Positions 25,871-35,820 of a stretch of 64,000 bases of DNA are shown here, piece by piece (the stretch's first letter is position 1; every line of letters starts with the position of its first letter). A program made the position numbers and the translations under genes. Source of the stretch: Aureliella sp. (lineage in GTDB: Bacteria > Planctomycetota > Planctomycetia > Pirellulales > Pirellulaceae); the NCBI GenBank assembly GCA_963691875.1, contig OY829846.1, positions 1,952,001 through 2,016,000 of the forward strand. The letters run 5' to 3'. The notes below the pieces were generated by a model. It did not search any database. It was not told the DNA's origin and was given only the letters and a program-made list of their open reading frames with translations.

Positions 25871-28800
25871 CTACTTTTGCGCCGCCTCCTCTCGTATCGC
25901 AAACAAATGACTCCCCCCGCGGATATACATCACTCCATCACTTATCGCTGGCGTTGCATGCAGGCTCTCACCAATTGGATTCTCCGCGACTAGCTCAAAC
26001 TTTGGGCCAGCCTTGATTACTAGTGTGATCCCTTCTTCCGATGGCAAATAAATATGTCCATCGGCAGCAAGCAGGGCAGCGATGAAACTGGTCGCTTCGG
26101 AGGTTGCGACACGGCGCCGATAAATCCGCTTGCCAGTCTTCGCGTCCAGGCATTCCAGAACACCCGCGGAATTGCAGGTGTAGAAGTAATCGCCGTAAAC
26201 GACTGGCGTTGTCATGTACGATCCGCTGCGTCTATTCTGCCAAGCCATCGAAGGACTCGAGCGCGAGCCGATCTGATCTGAGATATCGCCCTTGGCCGTA
26301 GGACGAATCGCGTAAATCGGGCGAACCGGACGATAACCGCTGACGACATAAATCAATCCGTGTGCGGCAAAGGGTGTCGGTACAGCGATTTCTGAGTTCT
26401 TTCCGATCCGCCAAATCTCCTCTCCCGTTTCAGGATTATAGGCTCGAGCGTAATTCGTTGCGTTAGTAACGAGTTGCGGCCCGACTTCAGTCTCGACAAC
26501 TATAGGCGTGGACCAGGATGGAATCTCCTCACGTTCACGACGCCAAACTTCGTCCCCCGTGGCGACATCGAAAGACGCCAGAAAGGAGCCTTCCTGAATG
26601 TCGCATTGCACGATGACCTTACCGTTGTAGATGATCGGCGACGCCGCAAAGCCCCATTGATAGCTCGCATCAAAGAACCAACCGCTATCGAGCATTCCAA
26701 AGTCTTTATTCCAAACCAGTTCGCCGCCAACTGTGTAGCAGTAGAGCCCTTCGCTGCCAAAAAATGTAACAACGTACTTGCCGTCGGTCGCCGGAGTCGG
26801 ATTGGCGTGGGTACTCTTGAGGTGACGCTTCACCTTGGGCGAGGCAGTATTGGCAACTTGCTTCCAAAGTAGCTCACCGTTCTTTTTATTGTAACAGTGC
26901 AGCTCGAATCGATGCTCCGAGTTATCTTCCACCGAATCCACATCGCCATACAATCCAGTACGTAAGCCAGCTTGATCTCCTGAACTGATTGCCGTGGTCA
27001 GGAACAGCTTGTCCCCCACAATCACCGGGCAGGAATGCGCGAGACCTTCGACTGGAGTCTTCCACAATACATTTTTCTTTTCCGGCACATTCCATCGCAC
27101 CGGTGGATTCTGACCTTCGGCCACGCCACGAGCACCGTTGCCTCGAAACTGCATCCAATCCGAAGAAGAAATTTCCAAGTCAGCGGCAAGGGATTCAGCG
27201 GAACCATAGCTCAGCCCCGGCGCATCAAAGCGGCGAAATCTTGAGCGAGTCTCGCCGTCAACGGTAACGAGTAGCTCCTTGACTTGTTCATCCTGGAGCA
27301 CAAAGCGGAAGGTCGAGTCGCCGAACTCAAACTCATGCTCCGACTTCGGTTTCAGTGTTGCATCACTATCATCTCGTTGAAGTGAGAGATTGTTTAAGTC
27401 GACGACGACAGAAGCGATCTCCAGGCCTGATGTATCCTGCGACTCTCGTGCCGCTGCAAACTGGTCTTTGAAGTCTTGTTGTTTCTCAAGATCGGCTGGC
27501 AGCAAGGCGTAGCGACCAACGTAGGCTTCTAAATCGCGCGCGTCGGGTGTCCAACTCTTTGTTTCAGGAGTTGGTATTTCCCCCGGATCCTTTGGCTCGG
27601 GCCCCGGCACATCGGCAAAGAGCTCCGCCAACTTCGGTTCCGACGCAACCTGCGGCATCGCCTTGACGCGCTGCAGAGTGGGAAGCTCCGGACGATGATT
27701 CTTCAGAATCCACTCCACTGACTCAGCATCGTTGCTCATTGCAGCCAGCATGAGTGCAGTCGCTGAGTCAGGATTGCCGAACTTCAGTAGTACCAACGCA
27801 CAACCCGTGTGTTGCTTCATCGCCGCCCAGGACATGGCTGTCGCGGAGTAGAACGTGTCCTTGGCGTTCGGGTTGGCTCCGCGGTCCAAGAGCAACTTGA
27901 CGACTTCTACTTGTCCACGCGAGCAAGCGAACATCAGGGCGTTTGCACCGTAAGCATTCGCCGTGTTCACATCAAGGCCCGCATCGAGCAATTCGTTGAC
28001 GACCGCAATGTTGCCTTCGCGGGCCGCCTTGAACAGTCGCTTGGCTTCCTCTGACGCAACACTGGCGAGCGGTGCAAGGTCGCCCGAGCCAGTCTGCCGA
28101 GGGATAGCGAAGGCGATGATCGAGTCAGCAGGCTTAGTTCGAAGTTTACCGCCGCCTGAGGCAGGAATCACGACGTATTGTTGCCCATCTACCATGTAGG
28201 TCGATGGCGTGGCATAGCCTCCGGCTGGCAACTTTGCTTCCCAAAGCAGCTCGCCGGTCGTCTTGTCAAAGGCATGCAACTTCTCGTCTCGTGTCCCCCC
28301 AATAAAGACCAAGCCCCCTGCGGTGACAATCGTGCCTCCAAAGTTCTCCGTGCCAGTTTGTGGAATCCCACGCTTGGTCAACTCGGGGTATTCGCCCAGT
28401 GTCGATTGCCACAAAATCTCGCCCTTATTCAGGTCAATCGCACTTAACTGTCCCCATGGCGGCTTGACGGCCGGATAGCCTTCATGGTCCACGAACTTGT
28501 TATATCCCGTGATGCGATACGGAGTTGGCGAACCTTCAGGCTGTTCGACCAACGAAACGATATTGGGCTGGTTATTTGAGTTAACATACAGAATGCCCGA
28601 CTCAGGATCAAAGGAAGCGCCGGACCAAGTGGCCCCGCCATGAAACCCGGGCGACACAATCGTTCCCTTCAGCGAAGGCGGTGTGAATTGCGGGCCACCT
28701 TGAAGTGCATCGAACTGTTTCAGTGCACTCGCTTGGTTCTCAGGAGCGATGTTCGTCACATCTTCGCGTGTGATTCCAACTCGACTGAAAGGCGGCGGCT

Positions 28801-29974
28801 TTACAGGAACTGGTTGAGTAGGCCAAGCTTGCTCACCGGCAACATTGGAAGCCGGAGCAGGCTGCTCTCTCACTTCAAACAGCGGTTTTCCCTTCTCGCG
28901 GTCGAACAAGAAAACGTAGCCGGTTTTCGTCACCTGAGCTACCGCATCGATTTCTTTGCCATCGTGCGTGACACGCACCAAGTTAGGATACGTCGGAATA
29001 TCGTGATCCCAAAGATCATGGTGCAAAGTTTGGAAATGCCACTTACGCTTGCCAGTCTTGCCGTCCAAGGCGATCGTGCAATTCGCAAACAAGTTTTCTC
29101 CACCCCTGTCGCCACCATAAAAGTCAAATGCTGCGGAACCGAGCCCAGCAAAGACCAAGCCGCGTTCGGTGTCGACACTGTAGCCACCCCAAGCATTGGC
29201 GGCGCCACGATTCTTCCAAGATTCTTCTGCCCAGGTGTCGTTGCCGAACTCACCGGGACGAGGAACGGTGTGGAAACGCCAGACTTGTTTTCCTGTTCGC
29301 ACGTCGAAAGCGCGAATGTCACCTGGAGCAGCAGGACCGGGGCCTTCGCCACAGGAAAACCCCATGATGACGATATCATCGAGAATCGCTGGAGCTGATG
29401 TCGGTCCGTAGCCCATCCGCGAAAAATCGCCGTCGAGATCCTCGCGCAAGTCCTTTACGCCGCCGACGCCAAACTTCGCATCGAGCTGGCCAGTCTTCGC
29501 GTCAAGCGAGAACAATTGTCCATTTGATGTGCCATGCAAGATGCGCCGCTGACCACCGTCAATTCCATCACTCCAATAGGCCACACCTCGATTGACACCG
29601 CCAGAGGCAAGCGGCGATTTCGGCGGTCCCTTCGCAAAGGGATCAAAGCTCCAGATCTCTTCGCCAGTCGCCGCGTTCAATGCGAAGACTTTGAGTTTGC
29701 CCGAGGTAATGTACATCACGCCATCTACGACGATCGGCGTGCACTCCATGATCTTGGCTTTGCCTTCTGCCAGTTCGCCTGTTTTGAATTCCCAGGCGAC
29801 GGCCAATCGCTTGATGTTGTCTCGATTGATGCCGGTCAATTCGGAGTATCGCATCCCGCCACGATCGCCGCCGACGGCGATCCAGTTTTCGTCCTGAGCA
29901 TAGCCTGCCTGAGTAGGTAAATAAGCACAGCAAATTGACGCGAATAGAATCAGACGCGTTGCCAGAGAACTCAT
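25871..29974 (-). CDS. Fusion of a quinoprotein glucose-dehydrogenase-like domain, ankyrin repeats and a second PQQ/BamB-like beta-propeller
   Basis: RYSELTGINRDNIKRL, VNRGVAYW, HHDLWDHD and PPWGQL; ankyrin YGANALMFACSRGQVEVVKLLLDRGANPN; WMQFRGN...WKTPVEG...TPAISDG. Confidence 0.88.
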   Translation of the reverse strand: MSSLATRLILFASICCAYLPTQAGYAQDENWIAVGGDRGGMRYSELTGINRDNIKRLAVAWEFKTGELAEGKAKIMECTPIVVDGVMYITSGKLKVFALNAATGEEIWSFDPFAKGPPKSPLASGGVNRGVAYWSDGIDGGQRRILHGTSNGQLFSLDAKTGQLDAKFGVGGVKDLREDLDGDFSRMGYGPTSAPAILDDIVIMGFSCGEGPGPAAPGDIRAFDVRTGKQVWRFHTVPRPGEFGNDTWAEESWKNRGAANAWGGYSVDTERGLVFAGLGSAAFDFYGGDRGGENLFANCTIALDGKTGKRKWHFQTLHHDLWDHDIPTYPNLVRVTHDGKEIDAVAQVTKTGYVFLFDREKGKPLFEVREQPAPASNVAGEQAWPTQPVPVKPPPFSRVGITREDVTNIAPENQASALKQFDALQGGPQFTPPSLKGTIVSPGFHGGATWSGASFDPESGILYVNSNNQPNIVSLVEQPEGSPTPYRITGYNKFVDHEGYPAVKPPWGQLSAIDLNKGEILWQSTLGEYPELTKRGIPQTGTENFGGTIVTAGGLVFIGGTRDEKLHAFDKTTGELLWEAKLPAGGYATPSTYMVDGQQYVVIPASGGGKLRTKPADSIIAFAIPRQTGSGDLAPLASVASEEAKRLFKAAREGNIAVVNELLDAGLDVNTANAYGANALMFACSRGQVEVVKLLLDRGANPNAKDTFYSATAMSWAAMKQHTGCALVLLKFGNPDSATALMLAAMSNDAESVEWILKNHRPELPTLQRVKAMPQVASEPKLAELFADVPGPEPKDPGEIPTPETKSWTPDARDLEAYVGRYALLPADLEKQQDFKDQFAAARESQDTSGLEIASVVVDLNNLSLQRDDSDATLKPKSEHEFEFGDSTFRFVLQDEQVKELLVTVDGETRSRFRRFDAPGLSYGSAESLAADLEISSSDWMQFRGNGARGVAEGQNPPVRWNVPEKKNVLWKTPVEGLAHSCPVIVGDKLFLTTAISSGDQAGLRTGLYGDVDSVEDNSEHRFELHCYNKKNGELLWKQVANTASPKVKRHLKSTHANPTPATDGKYVVTFFGSEGLYCYTVGGELVWNKDFGMLDSGWFFDASYQWGFAASPIIYNGKVIVQCDIQEGSFLASFDVATGDEVWRREREEIPSWSTPIVVETEVGPQLVTNATNYARAYNPETGEEIWRIGKNSEIAVPTPFAAHGLIYVVSGYRPVRPIYAIRPTAKGDISDQIGSRSSPSMAWQNRRSGSYMTTPVVYGDYFYTCNSAGVLECLDAKTGKRIYRRRVATSEATSFIAALLAADGHIYLPSEEGITLVIKAGPKFELVAENPIGESLHATPAISDGVMYIRGGSHLFAIREEAAQK

Positions 29975-30273
29975 GAAGTCGATCCAAAAGGGAACGTAAA
30001 GGCGACCAAAAGAACTAGTCGCCAGTTTATCAGAGACCGCTCACGAACGTAGAGCCCACGCAGAGCGCGGCGTTGTACGCCCAGCTGCAGGCCGCGACCT
30101 ACTTGCGAGTGCCGAGGCCGTAGAAGGAAGACGGCTCGCCTGAGTCACCGGCTGTTTGGTCGTCGATTCGACCGCAAGTACGAACGTGAACAAGATAATT
30201 CGAGGAACAACTCTCGAACGCAAACGCAATTAGGAAGTCTGACAAAGCCCACTACACTAATGCATTCCGCTTG

Positions 30274-31485
30274 CTACCTTGCCTCATCGCCGTCTCGAGC
30301 GGCAGTACGCGACCCAGGTGCATCAGTCTGTTTATAAGCCGAGCCGCGTTGATAAATCTTAAGTCGCTCGGCAAACTCCTCGCGTTCTTCCTGATCCTCA
30401 GAGAGCTCGATCGCCTCTGACTGCAACTTGGAAGCGTCACGTGTCTTGCCCGTTGCGGCTGTCGCGGCAGCAAGCGTGTCAACGCTTCGAGCATTGCGAC
30501 CTGACAATTCGATCGCTCGCTTCGCTGCTGCCAAGGCCAACTCCGCATTGCGCACCGACCTTTGAGGACAAGTCGCCATCAGCCAAGCAGCGTTTTGATA
30601 GGCTCGAGCATTCTTATTGTCCGCTCCCACAGCCGCCTGATAGGAAGCCGCCGACTCGGTCCAACGACCAAGATACTGATAGGCGTCCGCCAAGTCAGTA
30701 TGAAATGTCGAGTCGTCCTTGGCGATCTGGGTTGCTTGCATATAGTCTTCGAGCGACTCATCGTAGCGTTCCAGCATAAACAGACTGTGTGCCCTGCTAT
30801 TGTAAAACTGAGGGTCCTCGGCATCCAATTGAATCGCCCGCTCATAATTTTTTACGGCCGATTCATACTGACCGATCTCAAAATACAGCTCGCCTCGATT
30901 GAAGTGAGAGTTTGCGTACTTCGGTTGCAACCCAATGGCTTTGTCCAATTCATTAATCGCCGATTCGTATTGCCCGTTCATGGCCAAGGAGATCGCATAG
31001 TTGTGGTGTGTCCGCCAATTTCTTGAATCGTACTCAATCGCTTTCTTGAAGTCCTCTGCGGCAAGGCCGTCCAACTTCTCTGCTTCGTCAAGCATGTTTG
31101 CTGTAACCAATTGCGCCGCCCGATCGTTTCGAAGCTCGCCGCGTCGATTCAATCCCCATGCGATCAAGCTGCGAGCATAGTTGACATCCGCCCTAGATCT
31201 CAGGTTCGAGCGTTCGATCTGCTGGCAAGCCCTGACAATGTTGGATACCTTCTGCTCGGTTTTTGCAGTTTTGGTCGCTTGGTAGATCTTCAGCAAGTCT
31301 TGAGAGACTGACGTGGTTGCTGCCTTCTGTGACGTGGTTGGAGCCGTCCGAGTCGATGTGACTGCGCGATTCGAACCCGACTGACGCTGATTGCGACTTT
31401 GGAAGGTCTGTGCGACGAGAGAATTTTGAGTGGCAAACAAAATTGCCAAAAGAGCAAGAAGCGATTTGTTTCGAGCTTGATACAT
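30274..31485 (-). CDS. Secreted TPR protein
   Basis: Signal peptide, Ser/Thr-rich linker, several TPRs (FNRGELYFEIGQYESAVKNYERAIQL) and NAAWLMATCP. Confidence 0.85.
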   Translation of the reverse strand: MYQARNKSLLALLAILFATQNSLVAQTFQSRNQRQSGSNRAVTSTRTAPTTSQKAATTSVSQDLLKIYQATKTAKTEQKVSNIVRACQQIERSNLRSRADVNYARSLIAWGLNRRGELRNDRAAQLVTANMLDEAEKLDGLAAEDFKKAIEYDSRNWRTHHNYAISLAMNGQYESAINELDKAIGLQPKYANSHFNRGELYFEIGQYESAVKNYERAIQLDAEDPQFYNSRAHSLFMLERYDESLEDYMQATQIAKDDSTFHTDLADAYQYLGRWTESAASYQAAVGADNKNARAYQNAAWLMATCPQRSVRNAELALAAAKRAIELSGRNARSVDTLAAATAATGKTRDASKLQSEAIELSEDQEEREEFAERLKIYQRGSAYKQTDAPGSRTAARDGDEAR

Positions 31486-31699
31486 CAAAAAGTTCCGTTT
31501 GCCACTGCACGCGATTTTAGGGATACGATGCCGTAAAGTAGTACCATCTCGACTTGCTCCTCCGAAAGGTGAATTCCCATCTGAACTTGCTAGCAATCGA
31601 CAATTCCGCACGCTCGAATGCCCTCTTGACGATGTAATGAGTCACGCTCAGTTCCGCAATTCAGGGCTTCTAGATGCTTATGCAATCCAAAGATGCTGA

Positions 31700-32002
31700 G
31701 TGAACGAAAAAAGCTGGATGACGAAAGCGTGCAAAGCCACCCTGAAAATTGACCTGGGTTATACTTTCGCAACCATGGTGCTGCAGTTCGTAGTGGCAAA
31801 TTGGATGAACGAGGTGAAACCGCCAGGAGTTCCAATCAGTGGCATTCAGGTCCAGTTTGCAGCCATTGGCTTCTGTATCGCTTCTTTCTTTTGCTGGCTT
31901 GGGTTCGATCGCTATGGGCTTCGCTGGCACTCGTGCCGGAAACATGCTGCATATCCCTTCGCCCATTTTATCCTGGTTTTCGTTCTCTTTTTTGTAGGTT
32001 GA
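31700..32002 (+). CDS. Small hypothetical membrane protein
   Basis: 100-aa ORF with about three hydrophobic segments that fills an intergenic gap; no family recognised. Confidence 0.4.
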   Translation: MNEKSWMTKACKATLKIDLGYTFATMVLQFVVANWMNEVKPPGVPISGIQVQFAAIGFCIASFFCWLGFDRYGLRWHSCRKHAAYPFAHFILVFVLFFVG

Positions 32003-32161
32003 TCCAACCGACGGCGCGTTAAGTAATCAAAGTACTCATACGATGCGCAGGCAAGTGAACAAACACAAGCAAGACACGCAAACCAATGCGTCCGTGAGCG
32101 AGCACCCCAGGACCCAACGCGTGCTCCAAATTCGTTTTGTCGCGCATGAAACGATTCGCCG

Positions 32162-32674
32162 CTAGCTTCCAAACATCGAAGGAATGAGAAACACCCAACG
32201 GGCAGACAGCAACAGAAGGATGCCAATGATGGCGAATTCGTTGCACCGAATCACAGTGCGGAATATGCCGGGACGCCGCCAAGTCTCACGAGAAGTGAAT
32301 GCATGCGCCAATGCCAGCGGAACCTGACAAGCCGCATATAGGAAAAGAAAACATCCCGTCCAATTGACTTGCCAAGCAGCAGCAAACTCACCGTGCGCCA
32401 AATAAATGAAACTTCGCGTCAAGCCGCAACCGGGGCAGGGGATTCCCACAAGGTATTTGGTAAAGCAAGACTCCGGCAGCACCCAATCCTGCCCCCAAAT
32501 CCCAACTCGGCCTTCCGCTCGGACTTCCAGAAAACACGCCGCGACCAACACAGCCGAGACCAAGAAAAACCAGACCCACGAGTCGAGTTTTTGCCCCCCT
32601 TTCCTCGTTGCCGAACCAACCGGTTGCTCCGTCGAAGTAACGATTTCAGCCTCAGCTACCTCTCCTTCGCTCAC
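32162..32674 (-). CDS. DUF2752-domain membrane protein
   Basis: LPESCFTKYLVGIPCPGCGLTRSF...G...AAW..N. GTG start inferred just after the kinase stop. Confidence 0.8.
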   Translation of the reverse strand: MSEGEVAEAEIVTSTEQPVGSATRKGGQKLDSWVWFFLVSAVLVAACFLEVRAEGRVGIWGQDWVLPESCFTKYLVGIPCPGCGLTRSFIYLAHGEFAAAWQVNWTGCFLFLYAACQVPLALAHAFTSRETWRRPGIFRTVIRCNEFAIIGILLLLSARWVFLIPSMFGS

Positions 32675-32678
32675 CAAA

Positions 32679-34895
32679 TCAGATTCCGTTGTCCAAAGTG
32701 GAATAGGAAGAGCTGCTAACATCCGCGTCTGGGCCTCGTCCCAAGCTAGATCTTCCTATTCGAAAGACAAAGAACCATAACACCAGCATAACTCCGAGCA
32801 AAGCGGCGAATTCGAGATATGTTTCTCTCATCAGTTTTGTGCCAAGTCTTTCCACCGGCGCGGAGACCGCCCTGCTTCGCTCCTGAACGAGAACCCAAAG
32901 ATCACTCGTTGCTCGCTGAGTCTCGCCGGCTTTGTCGGTCATCCTTTGTGGCAAATGCACCGGCTGCAAGGCAGCAATCCATTCCCCCTCGTACTCCTCA
33001 CCCCCCTCAAAAGTCGAGGCTGGATCGATGTAGTTAGTAATACCCGAATTGACCTGCATCGCCGACCAATACTTGGATTTCATCTTGGGAACTTCTCGGC
33101 GGTCGATCAACGATTCAAGAAATGGATGCTGAATTAGAACTCCTTTATCGTCTCCGTCGCGCCCGTCCACCAAAGTCGCAAAGCGATCGGTCTGATCGGC
33201 TTCGTCGCTGGCAAGCAACTGAAACTCACCCAAGTTGATCGTCACCACGAGCACACCAATCGGCTCGCGTTGCGCATCGTCTTCCGACCCTTCAGGCCAA
33301 ATTGGGGTGCTGATACCCACTTTCCATTTTTGCGTCGAAGAACTTTTGAAATGCGCAGAAAGGCTCGTGCTTTCCGTCGGAGAAAATTCGGATCGCGGAA
33401 CCGTACGCTCACCATCTTTTCTCAAGCCGTTAAAGTAGCTGCGGAAGGCATAGTTGGCCCCTACCGGAGTCTTTGCTCCTTTATCATCGGGATCGGCAAA
33501 ATAGATTCCAACATTGGTTCCGCGTGAGTCGTTGACAAAAATCGTATTAAAGATCGCGCTCTTCGCCTCCTGCGCGGACATGATACTTCGCATTCGCTGC
33601 ATCAAGTAGCTCGAGAGCCGCTTTTGCGCCGCCGAATTGATGATGCTTTGTGTTCCTGCTTTATTTCCATCTTTATGAGCCGAATCTGCAATTGCTGCAA
33701 GATCCTCCCGCGAGGCATCTGCCAGTTCTTGCAGCAACGATTGCAATTCTTGCTCGCGCGCCTCATCCTCGACGAGGTTGAACAAAGCTGCAATTTCGGA
33801 CTCGAGTGTCTTGGCCGCGTAGCGACAAGTGTCCTTGTTGCCCAACACCTTCTGCTGACGAAGCTCCTGGATCGTTTCATCTTTTGCCGTGTTAATGCTC
33901 TTGGCTGAAAAGAACAGCATCAGAGGCAAAAGCAGCAGTGGCCCCAGGATCCCCAGAATGTAGATCGGCAAGCGAGTTCTTGCTTTGGTTCTATGATCCA
34001 GAGCACCGATAACTTGCTGAACATTGGCAAACCGATTTTCTGGCTCAGGCTCCAAGCAACGATCAATGATTTGACACAGAGTCTTGTCAATCCCTCGGCG
34101 TCGGTAATGGTCTTTCGGTCGCTGCGACTTGCGAATCGTCTCTCGATAGCGACGCAAACGGTCCGGTAAGGACTCGGCTGTGTCCAGCGTTTCGACGACT
34201 TCTGGCGTACGATAAGGCGGGGCCCCGGTGAGCATACTGTAGGCAATCGCACCAAGTGCGTAGACATCCCAAGCCGCGTCAGGTGGTGCATCCAAGTCCG
34301 CTTGCTCGGGAGCCATGAAGAATAAAGTACCCAGCGAAGGTGTCTGATCGTCTGACATCCGACTCTGCCCGAAGTCGGCCAAGCGTGGGCGCCAGTCTTG
34401 GTCGAGCACGACGTTAGCCGGCTTGAGATCGCAGTGCAAGACACCTTTGCCGTGAGCGTAGGAAAGCCCTTCAGCAATCTCGCGAATCATCTTGCCTGTC
34501 GCCGGAACACTCAGTGCACCGCCACCGCGTAGCATGTCCTCGAGCGAACCATTCTCCATGAATTCCATCACGTAATACGGCGGATCGGCGTCCCAACCCA
34601 CGTTGAGCACTTGGACGATGTATCGTCCAGTAGACATATTTACCAAGTGCTTAACTTCACGATTGATTAATTGCCAATTCACGCCGCCGCGATTCGAGTA
34701 GAACTTGATCGCCACCTTGCGGCCCGTGTTCAGATCCTCTGCAAGCCATACTTGGCCAAACGCACCACGACCCAAGAGTTTTTCGAGTCGATATCCTTCA
34801 ATCTGCGCAGGCGGCTTCTCAGACTGCAGGCTCATCGCCTCAGCCCGTTCTAAGCCACCCAAAGATTGCTGTTGTGTGTAATCGGCGTCCATCAT
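32679..34895 (-). CDS. Membrane Ser/Thr protein kinase with an extracytoplasmic Cache-like sensor domain
   Basis: LGRGAFGQV, VAIK, HCDLKPAN, DFG, MAPE and DVYALG; TM, periplasmic domain (NYAFRSYF, STPIW, GVLVVTINL), second TM. Confidence 0.9.
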   Translation of the reverse strand: MMDADYTQQQSLGGLERAEAMSLQSEKPPAQIEGYRLEKLLGRGAFGQVWLAEDLNTGRKVAIKFYSNRGGVNWQLINREVKHLVNMSTGRYIVQVLNVGWDADPPYYVMEFMENGSLEDMLRGGGALSVPATGKMIREIAEGLSYAHGKGVLHCDLKPANVVLDQDWRPRLADFGQSRMSDDQTPSLGTLFFMAPEQADLDAPPDAAWDVYALGAIAYSMLTGAPPYRTPEVVETLDTAESLPDRLRRYRETIRKSQRPKDHYRRRGIDKTLCQIIDRCLEPEPENRFANVQQVIGALDHRTKARTRLPIYILGILGPLLLLPLMLFFSAKSINTAKDETIQELRQQKVLGNKDTCRYAAKTLESEIAALFNLVEDEAREQELQSLLQELADASREDLAAIADSAHKDGNKAGTQSIINSAAQKRLSSYLMQRMRSIMSAQEAKSAIFNTIFVNDSRGTNVGIYFADPDDKGAKTPVGANYAFRSYFNGLRKDGERTVPRSEFSPTESTSLSAHFKSSSTQKWKVGISTPIWPEGSEDDAQREPIGVLVVTINLGEFQLLASDEADQTDRFATLVDGRDGDDKGVLIQHPFLESLIDRREVPKMKSKYWSAMQVNSGITNYIDPASTFEGGEEYEGEWIAALQPVHLPQRMTDKAGETQRATSDLWVLVQERSRAVSAPVERLGTKLMRETYLEFAALLGVMLVLWFFVFRIGRSSLGRGPDADVSSSSYSTLDNGI

Positions 34896-35020
34896 TCGCG
34901 CAGTAACGGATTCGTTTCACAGGCAGACCTCGCCTAGCACCTGATTCTACCGCTAAATGATTGCGAAGGGACAGTTTGAACCGGACAAGATTGATTCAAT
35001 AAGAATAAGTGCTGAGTTTC

Positions 35021-35374
35021 CTAAATTCCAAATGGTCCTCCTGGTCTCTGTTCTCCAGGCATATTTACGGCCCGCCAGCGAAGAGCTTTCTCAATGTGCA
35101 CCTTGTCGTCGTTACAGTTGGTGCCCTTGATGATCTCCGCTGAAATCAACGAAAGCCTGGCTTGCGTTGTCTTAAGATTCTCGTTGAACATTTGAGAGTA
35201 AATGAGGCCACCCCGCTTCAAGTCAATCGTGAGCGATTCAATTGTGCTCAACAGTGAACCGGCGTCCGGTTGACCCGCCCAATCAGCACTAAAGGAGTAT
35301 TCCATCCTAGTAGGAGTGCTGTCCAGGATGTATTTTGCGAGCGCCCGACTAGAATCCCTCCACACTGCTCTCAC
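35021..35374 (-). CDS. Hypothetical protein or gene remnant
   Basis: 117-aa ORF in a gap of about 0.9 kb; no motif recognised. Confidence 0.3.
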   Translation of the reverse strand: MRAVWRDSSRALAKYILDSTPTRMEYSFSADWAGQPDAGSLLSTIESLTIDLKRGGLIYSQMFNENLKTTQARLSLISAEIIKGTNCNDDKVHIEKALRWRAVNMPGEQRPGGPFGI

Positions 35375-35820
35375 CGCTTACTACAACCCCAAAGGCTAGG
35401 TGCTCTCCGTCCAGCCTTGACGGGAGATCCGGTTCTCACAATGCCGTGAATAAGGGTAGCCTTGCCCTTCGGAGCGAGCATCTCGATGAACTCAATCCAT
35501 CCCCATCGGGCGTCGGCGCTCACGCCCTTGGAATATACAGCGAACGCTTCGGTGTAAGACTTATCGAGCGTCCACCGCACGCCAAAACGATCGCAGCCAT
35601 CTTTGTAGCGACGAACATCAGACGAATGCCAAAGAGCATGTGTGCTTCCCGCCGGATTGTCTAGAAATCAATTGGCACGGAAAGATCGTTCTCTTGGCCA
35701 AAGGCACGCGCGAGCAATAGCTCCATGCATCATTAAATTATTGAATCGGCAAATCATTTCCGCATCATGCTGTAGTTCTGGCGTAATAGCGATTTCGAAT
35801 CATCAGTAGATGACACCAAT

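Noticed and set aside
28990..29030. Lanthanide-dependent PQQ enzyme suggested by WDHD
   Set aside because: HHDLWDxD is the ordinary GDH-family motif; the vicinal Cys pair of XoxF/ExaF-type enzymes is not evident.
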